DNA of 64,000 nt from Flavobacteriales bacterium (GTDB taxonomy: Bacteria; Bacteroidota; Bacteroidia; Flavobacteriales_D; Crocinitomicaceae), in contig CANFRV010000001.1 in the NCBI GenBank assembly GCA_947449575.1, forward strand, positions 89,121 to 153,120, read 5' to 3'. Of this stretch, positions 20,562 through 30,072 are shown piece after piece. The notes beneath the pieces are model-generated. The model was given only the letters and a program-made list of their open reading frames with translations. It was not told the origin of the DNA and did no database searches. Position numbers and translations under genes: made by a program. The stretch's first letter is position 1. Every line of letters begins with the position of its first letter.

Positions 20562-20634
20562 TGATCCCGCTGGGATTCGAACCCAGGACCCATACATTAA
20601 AAGTGTATTGCTCTACCGGCTGAGCTACAGAATC
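20562..20634 (-). tRNA. tRNA-Lys (anticodon UUU), no encoded CCA
   Basis: - strand GATTCTGTAGCTCAGCCGGTAGAGCAATACACTTTTAATGTATGGGTCCTGGGTTCGAATCCCAGCGGGATCA. It folds as a cloverleaf by hand: 7-bp acceptor stem with two G-U pairs, anticodon loop CTTTTAA, and a GTTCGAATC T-loop. Confidence 0.9.
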
Positions 20635-20673
20635 TTGTTTGCAATAGTAATTATTAAATTATAATTGCGAGTG

Positions 20674-20681
20674 CAAAGATA
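20674..20681 (-). promoter_or_regulatory. Candidate Bacteroidota -7 promoter box (TATCTTTG) for tRNA-Lys
   Basis: Exact TAnnTTTG match on the - strand, 40 nt upstream of the mature tRNA 5' end. Confidence 0.35.
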
Positions 20682-20832
20682 GTCAGTTTATTTAAACTGA
20701 CAAGTAACTACCTAACTTTTTTCAAATATAATTTAGATTTCTCTCTTAAGTTATTGAATTCTAGTTAAAAAAAATCTATTTATTCTTGGAATAAATCACA
20801 TTCAAAGATTTTTTGTTATTTTGCTCCTACTT

Positions 20833-21351
20833 ATGGATCACAAAATTATCTTTATTGGCTACATGGGCTCTGGGAAATCGACTTTAGGAGAGAAATTGGC
20901 TATGGAGCTGAAGATTCCTTTTATTGATTCGGATAAAGTTATTGAGGAAATCGCAAACATGTCTATAGCTGCTATTTTTAAAGAAAAGGGGGAGGGTACT
21001 TTTAGGAAAATGGAGTCAATGTTTATTCAAAGTTTAGCAAATATTCCAGCCTTTGTTCTTTCTACCGGTGGAGGAATGCCCTGCTTTAATAATAACATGT
21101 TACTTCTGAACGAATTAGGTGTAACCGTTTATTTGAAAAACACAAGTGACGTTCTTGCGGATAGATTATTAATGGGGAAGAACGCGCGACCTTTGATAGA
21201 AGGGAAATCAAAAGAAGAATTAATTCAATTTATAGATGATAATCTCTTGCAAAGAGAAAAATTTTATTCACTCGCTAATTTGACAGTAGAAAATAAAATG
21301 CAAGAAATAATACCGATTTTAAAGTTGATTGATGAATTAAAAGATAAATGA
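20833..21351 (+). CDS. aroK: Shikimate kinase
   Basis: P-loop IFIGYMGSGKSTLG, DSD, STGGG. The ATG at 20833 is preferred over the TTG at 20821. Confidence 0.85.
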   Translation: MDHKIIFIGYMGSGKSTLGEKLAMELKIPFIDSDKVIEEIANMSIAAIFKEKGEGTFRKMESMFIQSLANIPAFVLSTGGGMPCFNNNMLLLNELGVTVYLKNTSDVLADRLLMGKNARPLIEGKSKEELIQFIDDNLLQREKFYSLANLTVENKMQEIIPILKLIDELKDK

Positions 21352-21989
21352 AGGAATTTTTAAGAGAAACGAGTTTTTTGAATTTTAATGATCCGTCTTT
21401 TGATGAATTTACTTCTGCTATAGATTCTTCAAAAAGTTCAAAAGAAATTGCCTTGCAATTGTATTTCCATGTGAGGGACAGCTTCTTGTACGATCCGTAT
21501 CATTTAGATTTAAGGCAAGATGCTTTGAAGGCTAGTAACGTTCTTCGAAAAAAAAGAGCTTGGTGTGTTGAGAAAGCTACTGTGCTGGCAGCTTGTGCAA
21601 GGAAATTTAATATTCCTTCTCGCTTAGGTTATTCTATTGTAACTAATCACATTGGAAGTGAGAAGTTAGTATATTATTTACGTAAAAATGAAATTGTTTT
21701 TCACGGTTATGTGGAAATGTTTCTGGACAATAAATGGGTGAAGTGCACGCCTTCTTTCGATAAAAATATATGTCGACTAATGGATGTCGAACCATTAAAT
21801 TGGGATGGTGAAGCGGATAGTATGTTTCAAGAATTTAAGAAAGAGAAAAAATATATGGAATACGTTTATTTTTATGGTGAATTTGAAGATGTTCCAATCG
21901 AATTAATGAATGCTGAAATGAAAAAACATTATCCTCATTTATTTACTGAAAAATTTGAAACGAAAGAGTTTTCTTTTTATCATATATGA
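21348..21989 (+). CDS. Transglutaminase-like (papain-fold) superfamily protein
   Basis: Candidate Cys-His-Asp arrangement (RAWCVEKATVLAACAR ... FHGYVEMFLDNKW). 4-nt overlap with aroK. Confidence 0.65.
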   Translation: MKEFLRETSFLNFNDPSFDEFTSAIDSSKSSKEIALQLYFHVRDSFLYDPYHLDLRQDALKASNVLRKKRAWCVEKATVLAACARKFNIPSRLGYSIVTNHIGSEKLVYYLRKNEIVFHGYVEMFLDNKWVKCTPSFDKNICRLMDVEPLNWDGEADSMFQEFKKEKKYMEYVYFYGEFEDVPIELMNAEMKKHYPHLFTEKFETKEFSFYHI

Positions 21990-22044
21990 GTGTAGAGAGA
22001 TTAGATCGCTTCGCTTTTATAAGTTAGACAGCTTCGCTCATAGA

Positions 22045-22196
22045 TTAAATCATCTATCAACAATTATCCCAAGTTTATCAGCGAAGAGTTCTACTGTCTA
22101 TGAGCACAGCGATCTAATTTCTTAACCTGTCTCAACAATTTCCTTAAGTCTTTCAGCGTAGCGTTCTATTGTCTGAGAGCACAGCGATCTAATGTC
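22045..22196. repeat. Two tandem copies of a ~76-bp intergenic repeat (22045-22121 and 22122-22196)
   Basis: By-eye alignment shows the copies are roughly three-quarters identical and share ...CAACAATT...TCAGCG.AG.GTTCTA.TGTCT..GAGCACAGCGATCTAAT.TC. An inverted 11-mer partner, ATTAGATCGCT, sits at 22000-22010. Confidence 0.7.
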
Positions 22197-22203
22197 TATA
22201 AAA

Positions 22204-23064
22204 TCAATCCACCAAAACAACCAGATACTTTGTGACTCTCCAGAATTCTTTTGGATTAGAAATAAGAATTTTGGTATTGTTTCCAACGATTTGCAATGTG
22301 TAAGACGAAGATGGATGATCCGTAATGAAACGAATTTTGGTTCCTTCAACTAAGATTTCTTTGGTCATTGAGATGTCAATTTTTTCGAAATATGCTTCAT
22401 TGAAATTATTAAGTAATTTTGTTTTTTTTCCTATCCCGATAAATCCTTTTTGCTTTTCAATTACCTGATTATCTCTTAATTCTCTTTCTTTTCCATAGGT
22501 ATAATACCCTGTGTTGATTCGGTCCGTTAATTCACCTAGTATTACTGCTTGTGTTAAATAGGCGTCGAAAATGGCTGAGTATTCACTTGTTTTAGTTTCA
22601 ATTTGAGATTGTAAAACTGATATTTCATTATCATTCGATTCCATTTCTTTGATTAATCTCTCGATCATATTTTCTAATTCTTTTATCTTTAATCCACTCT
22701 TTTTTAGTTCATTATTTAAAGAATTTACTTTTTTTCCATTTTCTTCGCGAAGGAAATTAATGTGCTTTATTTCTTGTATTATCCATTGCTTATCTTGTTC
22801 AGTTGCATCTGGATTTTCAGATTTAATTTTTATTTCATTATTTTTTAGACGGATGACCTCAAGATTGGCTTGAATTTGATCGAAGAAAGTGAGTGATTCT
22901 TGAATTAGTGCGTCTTTCAATTCATCATCTATTTTTAATTGACCTAATTGCCCTTTTAGTTCAGCAATTTTCTCTAAGTCGGCAGATCTTGATATTTTCG
23001 GTTCAGCTTGACAAGAAGAAAGTGAAATTGCGGTAATAAAAGAAATTCCAAGGATGATGCGCAT
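22204..23064 (-). CDS. Hypothetical lipoprotein with central coiled coil
   Basis: Lipobox (AISLSSC|QA) and an E/K/L/I-rich heptad region. No catalytic motif. Confidence 0.6.
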   Translation of the reverse strand: MRIILGISFITAISLSSCQAEPKISRSADLEKIAELKGQLGQLKIDDELKDALIQESLTFFDQIQANLEVIRLKNNEIKIKSENPDATEQDKQWIIQEIKHINFLREENGKKVNSLNNELKKSGLKIKELENMIERLIKEMESNDNEISVLQSQIETKTSEYSAIFDAYLTQAVILGELTDRINTGYYTYGKERELRDNQVIEKQKGFIGIGKKTKLLNNFNEAYFEKIDISMTKEILVEGTKIRFITDHPSSSYTLQIVGNNTKILISNPKEFWRVTKYLVVLVD

Positions 23065-23113
23065 AATATATTGTATTTATGAAGAATTATACACAAAATT
23101 ACAATGCAAATTC

Positions 23114-23121
23114 TATCTTTG
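23114..23121 (+). promoter_or_regulatory. Candidate -7 promoter box (TATCTTTG)
   Basis: Exact TAnnTTTG match 17 nt upstream of the ATG at 23138. Confidence 0.4.
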
Positions 23122-23137
23122 ATAAAAATATTGAATT

Positions 23138-24925
23138 ATGTTTAAAGTCACTTTGTTAATTACTTTTTCACTTTGTTTTTCGACGATTTTTGGTCAAAAA
23201 ATTTCCTATAAACTGAAAATGGCTAGGCCACAATCTCATTATTATGAAGTGGAAATGATTATAGAAGGAAGCACTTCTCAAAATTTAGAGGTGAAAATGC
23301 CAGTTTGGGCACCTGGATCTTATTTGATTAGGGAGTTTTCAAAAAATATAAATTTGGTGAAGGCATTTGACGAAAAGGGAAGTGAATTAAAAGTCAAGAA
23401 AAATGAGAAAAATAAATGGACGATCGAAAAAGGTGATGCAAAGAAAGTATCTGTTAAATATGAAGTCTATGCATTTGAATTATCTGTTAGAACCAGTTTT
23501 TTAGATCTTACGCATGGATACATCAGTGGTACAGGTGTTTTTATGTATGTGGAAGAATTACGAAATGTGAAAGGAAAATTGGAAATTTATCCGTACAAAG
23601 ATTTCAGGGTTATTTCAACGGCAATGCCTAAAACTGGAGAGGCAGTAACAGCCGAGAATATGCAATCATTTGAATTTGAAAATTATGATCAACTGGTCGA
23701 TTGCCCGATAGAAATTGGTAATCAAGAGGTATTTGAATTTAAAGCTGCTGGAACGATACATACAGTCGCAATCTATGGTATTGGGAATTATGATGTGCTT
23801 GCTTTGAAAAAAGATATGGCAAAAATTTGTGAAACAGCAACCAATGTTTTTGGAGAAAATCCCAATAAGAATTATACGTTCATTATTCACAATGTGATTG
23901 ATGGTCAAGGTGGTTTAGAACATATTAATTCTACAACATTAAGTGTCAATCGTTGGACCTATCAAGGAGGGGCGTACATCGATTTTCTATCATTGGTTGC
24001 CCATGAATATTTTCATTTATGGAATGTGAAAAGAATTCGACCAATTGAATTAGGACCTTTTGATTATGATAAAGAAAATTACACTTCTTTACTTTGGGTA
24101 ATGGAAGGTTTCACTACTTATTACGATGAATTACTATTGTTGAGAGCTGGTTATCATACCCCTGAGTCGTATTTACCGAAAGTTTTGAGTTCTATTAATT
24201 ACGTGGAAGGGAGTGTTGGGACAAGAATTCAACCCGTTGCACATGCTAGTTTTGATGCCTGGATTAAAGCATACCGTCCAAATGAAAATAGCGCAAACAC
24301 AACGATGACCTATTATTCAAGAGGTTCTTTGTTAGCAGCGTGTTTTGATGCAATGATTATTGAAAAGTTTGAAGGCAAGAAATGCTTAGATCATTTTTTA
24401 CAACAATTGTATACTAAGTTTTATAAAAGAATGACCAGAGGTTTTTCTGAATTAGAATTTCAAGAAGAACTTGAGATATTTCTAGGACGAGATTTGGATA
24501 CGTTTTTTAGCGATTATGTGTATGGAACGAAAGTGCCTGATTATAATTTGATTTTCTCGAAAGTTGGATTGAATGTTCAATACATCGGTGTTGCCAAACC
24601 TTCTTTTGGGGCGACTGTCGCGCAAGAAGGAAATAAAACGGTAGTGAGAGCAGTAAGGTCATCTTCAGCGGCAGAAGAAGCTGGTATTAGTGTAAATGAT
24701 GAAATTATTGGTTGCAATGGTTTCAGAGTGGATCAAGGTGCTTTTGAAGGCATGGTAGGTTCGGCGAATGTAAATGATGTTTTGGATATTTTAATTTCGA
24801 GAGATGAATTGCTAGTTGAGCTAAAAGTCAGAATGACAAACTATGAACGACCGCAATATAAGTTTGTTCCAATTGATTCTAGCGCGACTAATCAGTTAAA
24901 AAAATATTGGTTAAGAACGTTGTAA
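23138..24925 (+). CDS. M61-type glycyl aminopeptidase with C-terminal PDZ domain
   Basis: Signal peptide, zinc motif HEYFHLWNV followed by EGFTTYY, and a C-terminal PDZ-like segment (GATVAQEGNKTVVRAVRSSSAAEEAGISVNDEIIGCNG). Confidence 0.78.
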   Translation: MFKVTLLITFSLCFSTIFGQKISYKLKMARPQSHYYEVEMIIEGSTSQNLEVKMPVWAPGSYLIREFSKNINLVKAFDEKGSELKVKKNEKNKWTIEKGDAKKVSVKYEVYAFELSVRTSFLDLTHGYISGTGVFMYVEELRNVKGKLEIYPYKDFRVISTAMPKTGEAVTAENMQSFEFENYDQLVDCPIEIGNQEVFEFKAAGTIHTVAIYGIGNYDVLALKKDMAKICETATNVFGENPNKNYTFIIHNVIDGQGGLEHINSTTLSVNRWTYQGGAYIDFLSLVAHEYFHLWNVKRIRPIELGPFDYDKENYTSLLWVMEGFTTYYDELLLLRAGYHTPESYLPKVLSSINYVEGSVGTRIQPVAHASFDAWIKAYRPNENSANTTMTYYSRGSLLAACFDAMIIEKFEGKKCLDHFLQQLYTKFYKRMTRGFSELEFQEELEIFLGRDLDTFFSDYVYGTKVPDYNLIFSKVGLNVQYIGVAKPSFGATVAQEGNKTVVRAVRSSSAAEEAGISVNDEIIGCNGFRVDQGAFEGMVGSANVNDVLDILISRDELLVELKVRMTNYERPQYKFVPIDSSATNQLKKYWLRTL

Positions 24926-25070
24926 GAGATAAAAGATTAGAAGACACTAGATGATAAGACACTAGATCACTTTGCTTAAAGACTGATGAGCACTAGTTGA
25001 AATAGTAAGGGCTTACCATTGTAATTTTTTTTGTTTGACTAATTTTTCAAAGTCTTGAAAATCATACTTC

Positions 25071-25550
25071 TTAGATTTCGGAAGAAGTTAATCTTGAAAT
25101 TATTTCATATTCATCCGGATAAAGTTTAACTAAATCAACGGAATTAAATAATTCAAAATCATTAAAATCAAAGCCAGGGGCAACTGCGCATGAAACCAAA
25201 GAATAACTATTATCTTCTGACACGCTAGATCCAAAAATAGTATTCTTAGGAACCATAAATTGGGGTAGTTCTCCATTAAATAGATCATTTCCAACTTTGA
25301 CCTCCGAGTGACCATTTTCATCAAGGATATGAACAATTAACGGACTTCCTGAATGAAAAAACCAAAATTCATCACTTTTTATGCGGTGAAAATGAGAAAC
25401 ATTTTCAGAGGTAAGTAGAAAATAAATAATCGTCATCAGTTGTCGATCCATACCTGGAATCGTAATTTCAGAACGATATGTTTCGGAATAAAATCCTCCT
25501 TCAGGATGCGGAATTAGATGCAGTGTTTTTATTATGTCTTCTATTATCAT
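25071..25550 (-). CDS. Cupin superfamily protein (DUF985-like)
   Basis: L.PHPEGGFYSETYRS N-terminal signature and ...FHRIKSDEFWFFHSG... Confidence 0.72.
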   Translation of the reverse strand: MIIEDIIKTLHLIPHPEGGFYSETYRSEITIPGMDRQLMTIIYFLLTSENVSHFHRIKSDEFWFFHSGSPLIVHILDENGHSEVKVGNDLFNGELPQFMVPKNTIFGSSVSEDNSYSLVSCAVAPGFDFNDFELFNSVDLVKLYPDEYEIISRLTSSEI

Positions 25551-25577
25551 GGCATATTTATTTAGTTAAACGAGTCA

Positions 25578-26330
25578 TCAATCGTTAGGGCCTTTTTGAG
25601 GTTGATCCCCTTTTTTTGGTATAATTGGGAAAAAGTATTTAAGGTCAAGCGCTAAATAACCTCCGTCAATTAACCCATTTATTGTTGTTTTTGAAGTTTG
25701 TTTTAAAATATAATGCGTGGACTGAATATTGAGGAAAGTCGTCATCGGAACGCATACAGATCCTCCAAAATAGAAAAATCCCTTATCGCGTGTTCTGTAT
25801 TCAAAACCTACATTTGCATTAAAATTAAATCCTATCTTGTTTTTGAGATAACCGTAATTATCAAAATAATGAATTCCGCCAGTTTCTGTTAGTTTTACAA
25901 TATTAGTAGGAGAGTAGCGAATAGTTGTTCCTAAGGAGGAATTCATGTAAGTTTTCTTGCTTAATTGTATGTATATTAATAAGTTAGTTGGTATTTCATA
26001 GTTTATAAAAGACCACTGATCGGTAGCGCTTACAGCAGTGTCTATTAAGGACATGTTAAGGGCATAATTTCGCTGCGTATAACTGATGCCGGTTTCAAAA
26101 GCTAGGAGTTTTGTAAATCCAGCTCTAACAGTTACCCCAAAATTATATCCAAGCGTTTGAGTGACGGCCAGATTATAATTAGGGCCATTCATTTTTAATG
26201 TTTTACTACCTACAAGTTCAGTCGGAAATAAAGGCCTTAGCTGTACTCCGAAATAGTAAGGATATCTTTCATTTTGTCCAAAAAAGGAATGGCTAATCAC
26301 AAATAAAAAAATAAAGTAAAAATATTTCAT
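25578..26330 (-). CDS. Hypothetical exported beta-rich protein (possible outer-membrane beta-barrel)
   Basis: Signal peptide, alternating-hydrophobicity strands, abundant G/Y/F/N/T. Confidence 0.5.
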   Translation of the reverse strand: MKYFYFIFLFVISHSFFGQNERYPYYFGVQLRPLFPTELVGSKTLKMNGPNYNLAVTQTLGYNFGVTVRAGFTKLLAFETGISYTQRNYALNMSLIDTAVSATDQWSFINYEIPTNLLIYIQLSKKTYMNSSLGTTIRYSPTNIVKLTETGGIHYFDNYGYLKNKIGFNFNANVGFEYRTRDKGFFYFGGSVCVPMTTFLNIQSTHYILKQTSKTTINGLIDGGYLALDLKYFFPIIPKKGDQPQKGPND

Positions 26331-26383
26331 TTATCGATTATTCTATGGTTTCCTATTAGTATGCAATTAATTTTTTATCAGAA

Positions 26384-28681
26384 TTATTTTCTAGTTCTTG
26401 GAACATGATTTTCTTCAAAGTTGGACATGTTTTCTCTCGTGGTTGCGTTTGCTATTTTTAATTCATGCAATTGATAGCGAGTAAGGGCAACTTTAGCTGG
26501 CCATGCATTATTATCTAAATCAGTATCGGCGCTTTCTAAAAATGGATCCAGGTGAAAAGAAATTGCTTCTTTATTGAAAATAAAAACTTTAGAAACCGTT
26601 TCTTGTCCAAGTACCCAAACCTCGACCGGTATCCGAATAATTTCTTTGGTCAAATCTTTGAACGTCACACAAATTGTTAAAGGGGCAAGCAGTCCGCCAA
26701 TATTTTTGAAGGAAACTTCATAAAACAACTGAGTATCTTTCAAGCTTTTCTTCTCGGTATCACTCATTTTCGCAAAAAGATCACTAGAGGTTTGCTTTGG
26801 AAGTGTGTCATTTTTTTGCATCAACAGAGCATATTTATCATCTATATTTTTATCAATTTCGTTGATAGTGGTAGTGATTTTTTCTCTGTTGAGAATATCC
26901 CCAATAAATTCAGCATGAAAATTAATAGGAGTCGTATTAAAATGTAACTCGTTCATTTTATTATCTTTGAATTCGTATGCTTTTACATTCGAAATTGCAA
27001 TATCTACGTTTTCAGTAGTGTAAAACCAACCTCTCCAAAACCAATCTAAATCAACCGCTGAAGCATCTTCCATCGTTCTAAAAAAGTCTGCAGGAGTTGG
27101 ATGTTTAAATTTCCAACGTTCACAATAGGTTTTAAAAGCATAATCAAATAATTCTCTACCCATCACCGTTTCGCGCAGAATATTAAGCGCCGTTGCAGGT
27201 TTTCCATATGCGTTATTACCGAATTGAAGAACCGATTCAGAATTAGTCATTGCAGGCGACATAAATTTCTCATCACCTCTCATGTAATCAGCAATTAAAT
27301 AGGCTGGACCTCTTCGAGAAGGATATCCTCTTTCCCATTCTTGTTCAGTTAAATATTGGACAAATGTGTTTAATCCCTCATCCATCCATGTCCATTGTCT
27401 TTCATCAGAATTGATAATCATAGGAAAAAAGTTATGTCCTACTTCATGGATAATTACTCCCCACATTCCATATTTAGTATCTAAAGAATATGTCCCGTCC
27501 AATTCAGGTCTTCCACCGTTAAAGCAAATCATAGGATATTCCATGCCAATCCATTTTGAATGAACAGAAATTGCCACTGGATAGGGATATTCCACTGTAT
27601 ATTTAGAATATGTTTTGATAGTATGTGCTACCAATTTTGTAGAATATCTTTCCCATAACGGGTTACCTTCTTTTGGATAGTAAGACATCGCTAATACTGT
27701 TTTGGAAGGGAATTTTACGCCCTGAGCATCCCAAATAAATTTTCTCGAATTAGCAAAAGCAAAATCTCTTACATTAATAGCTTTAAAAGTCCAGGTTTTA
27801 GTTTCTGTTGTAGAGGTAGATTCTCTTGCAATCGCTTCCTCTTGTGTAGCAATAATTACTGGCGTATCTGAATTTAATGCTTTTTTTAATCGTTCTTGTT
27901 GTTCAACTGTTAAAACTTGATTTGCATTTTGCAATTCGCCCGTTGCTCCTACAATATGATCAGCAGGAACAGTAATATTGACTTCATAATCTCCGAAAGG
28001 AAGAGTAAATTCTCCTTTGCCTAAAAATTGCTTGTTTTGCCAACCGGTCACGTCATTGTATACGCACATCCTAGGAAACCATTGCGCAATCGTATACAGA
28101 TAGTTTTTGTCTGTGTCAAAATATTCATAGCCAGAACGACCTCCAACAGCCATTCTATCATTAATATTGTACCACCATTTCACTTTAAATTTAAAACTTT
28201 CACCTGTTTTCAAAGGTTTATCTAAATCAATGCGCAACATGGTTTTATTAATAGAAAACTGGATTTTTTGTCCTGAAACTGTTTTTATTTCATCAATTTT
28301 AAAACCTCCATCATAATAGAATTGCTTTGATTTAATTGCATCTACACTTCTAAAGTCCTCCATTTTTTCAATATCCATGGTTTTTGAATCTGCATTCATT
28401 TCAAAAATATTTTGATCCAATTGCAGCCATAAATAATCTAAACGATCGGGCGAATTATTTGTGTAGGTGATTTCTTCCTCTCCTGAGAGAATTTGTTTAG
28501 CATCATTTATGGTAACATTAATTTTATAGTCTGCTTTTTGCTGATAGTAGTTATGTCCAGGCGCTCCAGCAGCATTTCTGTATTCATTGGGTGTCGGCAA
28601 CATTTGATCTAATTGAGCAAACTTGCTTTGACTAAAAACGATGTGAGGAATTATAAAAAGTAAAAAGACTATTTTTTTCAT
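26384..28681 (-). CDS. M1 family zinc metallopeptidase (aminopeptidase N-like), exported
   Basis: HEVGHNFFP followed 18 residues later by the E of WMDEGLNTF (HExxH-x18-E). Signal peptide. Confidence 0.85.
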   Translation of the reverse strand: MKKIVFLLFIIPHIVFSQSKFAQLDQMLPTPNEYRNAAGAPGHNYYQQKADYKINVTINDAKQILSGEEEITYTNNSPDRLDYLWLQLDQNIFEMNADSKTMDIEKMEDFRSVDAIKSKQFYYDGGFKIDEIKTVSGQKIQFSINKTMLRIDLDKPLKTGESFKFKVKWWYNINDRMAVGGRSGYEYFDTDKNYLYTIAQWFPRMCVYNDVTGWQNKQFLGKGEFTLPFGDYEVNITVPADHIVGATGELQNANQVLTVEQQERLKKALNSDTPVIIATQEEAIARESTSTTETKTWTFKAINVRDFAFANSRKFIWDAQGVKFPSKTVLAMSYYPKEGNPLWERYSTKLVAHTIKTYSKYTVEYPYPVAISVHSKWIGMEYPMICFNGGRPELDGTYSLDTKYGMWGVIIHEVGHNFFPMIINSDERQWTWMDEGLNTFVQYLTEQEWERGYPSRRGPAYLIADYMRGDEKFMSPAMTNSESVLQFGNNAYGKPATALNILRETVMGRELFDYAFKTYCERWKFKHPTPADFFRTMEDASAVDLDWFWRGWFYTTENVDIAISNVKAYEFKDNKMNELHFNTTPINFHAEFIGDILNREKITTTINEIDKNIDDKYALLMQKNDTLPKQTSSDLFAKMSDTEKKSLKDTQLFYEVSFKNIGGLLAPLTICVTFKDLTKEIIRIPVEVWVLGQETVSKVFIFNKEAISFHLDPFLESADTDLDNNAWPAKVALTRYQLHELKIANATTRENMSNFEENHVPRTRK

Positions 28682-28693
28682 TTTTTTTTTGAG

Positions 28694-29191
28694 TTAAAAT
28701 TCAATAATTTGTTCTCTATTTGTGTAAAGAAAAGGAAATGTTTGTTTTTTCGAATTATAGATAAATGTTAGTTTATTTTGTTGTTGCTCATATTCGTCCA
28801 TTAATAGATCGAAAGTCACGCTGATAGGAGATTTTATGTCAATTTCAGAAGAAGAAAAATAAAATTCTGTTAAACCATTCGTTTTTACCTCATAGCCACT
28901 ACTTCTGAAATCAATATTTAAAGTATTCATCACCACAGAAAAGCCTTCAAGTAGATTACTGCCAATTTTATTTTGCATTACTGTTTCCGTTTGAATGTCT
29001 TCTAATTCTTTGACATCTAATCCTTTGTGTTGCAACCAATGTTCAATGTCATGTGTCGAAACAATAAGAGTTAATTCAAATTTTCTACTTTTTACATTAT
29101 ACTCCATCTCGCTAAAAGCAAAGTAATAATCATGTGAAAATGAACTGAAAGTAATGAATGTAAAAATTACTAGATAAAGAAGAGATTTCAT
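28694..29191 (-). CDS. Hypothetical exported protein (DUF6702-like), predicted mature N-terminus His
   Basis: Signal peptide ...ITFSSFS|HDYYFAFSEMEYN. 12 nt upstream of the M1 peptidase start (A10 tract on the coding strand). Confidence 0.55.
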   Translation of the reverse strand: MKSLLYLVIFTFITFSSFSHDYYFAFSEMEYNVKSRKFELTLIVSTHDIEHWLQHKGLDVKELEDIQTETVMQNKIGSNLLEGFSVVMNTLNIDFRSSGYEVKTNGLTEFYFSSSEIDIKSPISVTFDLLMDEYEQQQNKLTFIYNSKKQTFPFLYTNREQIIEF

Positions 29192-29286
29192 ATTTACAAT
29201 AATATCTGCTAAAATAGTATTTATTATATTGAATAATTCATTTATTCCATTCTAAAATTCTAATTTTACCTAATAATGATTTAAAA

Positions 29287-30072
29287 ATGCAAAAAATAGG
29301 AATAATTGGTTGTGGTAATTTGGGACTTTCTTTGTTGAAAGGTATTCGTAAGAAGGAGCCAAAAACTATTTTATACGGTTCGAAAAGAAATATTGAATCT
29401 TTGAAAGGTTTAGAAGATAGCGTGACCTTTATTACATCGAATAATAAAGTCGTTATCGAAGAATGTGATGTTATTATTTTGGCTTTAAAACCATACAACA
29501 CAATTCCTTTTTTAACTGAAAACACAACGTTATTCAATTCCAAAAAACACAGTATTGTTTCTGTTGCGACAGGTGTTACAATCAGTGAAATTGAAGCTTG
29601 TTTTTCTGAACCTATGGATATTTTTAGAGCCATGCCGAATACTGCGTCTTCTGTCAATGAATCCATTACAATGATCGCAGTAAGTTCAGATACTTTAGAT
29701 AGAAAAGATAAAATTGTTTCGATTTTTAATACGGTGGGTGACACCATTATTATTGAAGAAAACTTGATGGAATCTGCTACCGTTTTAGGAGCTTGTGGAA
29801 TAGCGTATGTGCTTAGATTTATGCGCGCTATGATACAAGGAGGAATTGAAATAGGATTTGATGCTAAAACAGCCACTAAAATTGTGAGTCAAACAGTCAA
29901 AGGTGCTGCCGAATTAATTATACGAAATGGAAGTCACCCGGAAGAGGAGATCGATAAGGTGACCACGCCAAAAGGTTGCACGATTGTTGGATTGAATGAA
30001 ATGGAACACAGTGGTTTCAGCTCCGCTCTAATTAAAGGCATTGTGACGTCATATCAGAAAATAGAAAAATAA
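29287..30072 (+). CDS. proC: Pyrroline-5-carboxylate reductase
   Basis: Rossmann N-terminus IGIIGCGNLG, RAMPNTAS, and C-terminal VTTPKGCTIVGLNEME. Confidence 0.85.
   Translation: MQKIGIIGCGNLGLSLLKGIRKKEPKTILYGSKRNIESLKGLEDSVTFITSNNKVVIEECDVIILALKPYNTIPFLTENTTLFNSKKHSIVSVATGVTISEIEACFSEPMDIFRAMPNTASSVNESITMIAVSSDTLDRKDKIVSIFNTVGDTIIIEENLMESATVLGACGIAYVLRFMRAMIQGGIEIGFDAKTATKIVSQTVKGAAELIIRNGSHPEEEIDKVTTPKGCTIVGLNEMEHSGFSSALIKGIVTSYQKIEK

Noticed and set aside
22122-22349. 75-aa ORF spanning the intergenic repeat and the 3' end of the lipoprotein gene
   Set aside because: It overlaps a better-supported gene, and half of it is composed of the tandem repeat. No start context.
29238-29876. 212-aa ORF antisense to proC
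   Set aside because: It lies entirely within a well-supported proC reading frame. Its low-complexity I/S/K-rich composition is typical of antisense frames in AT-rich DNA. No start context or motif.
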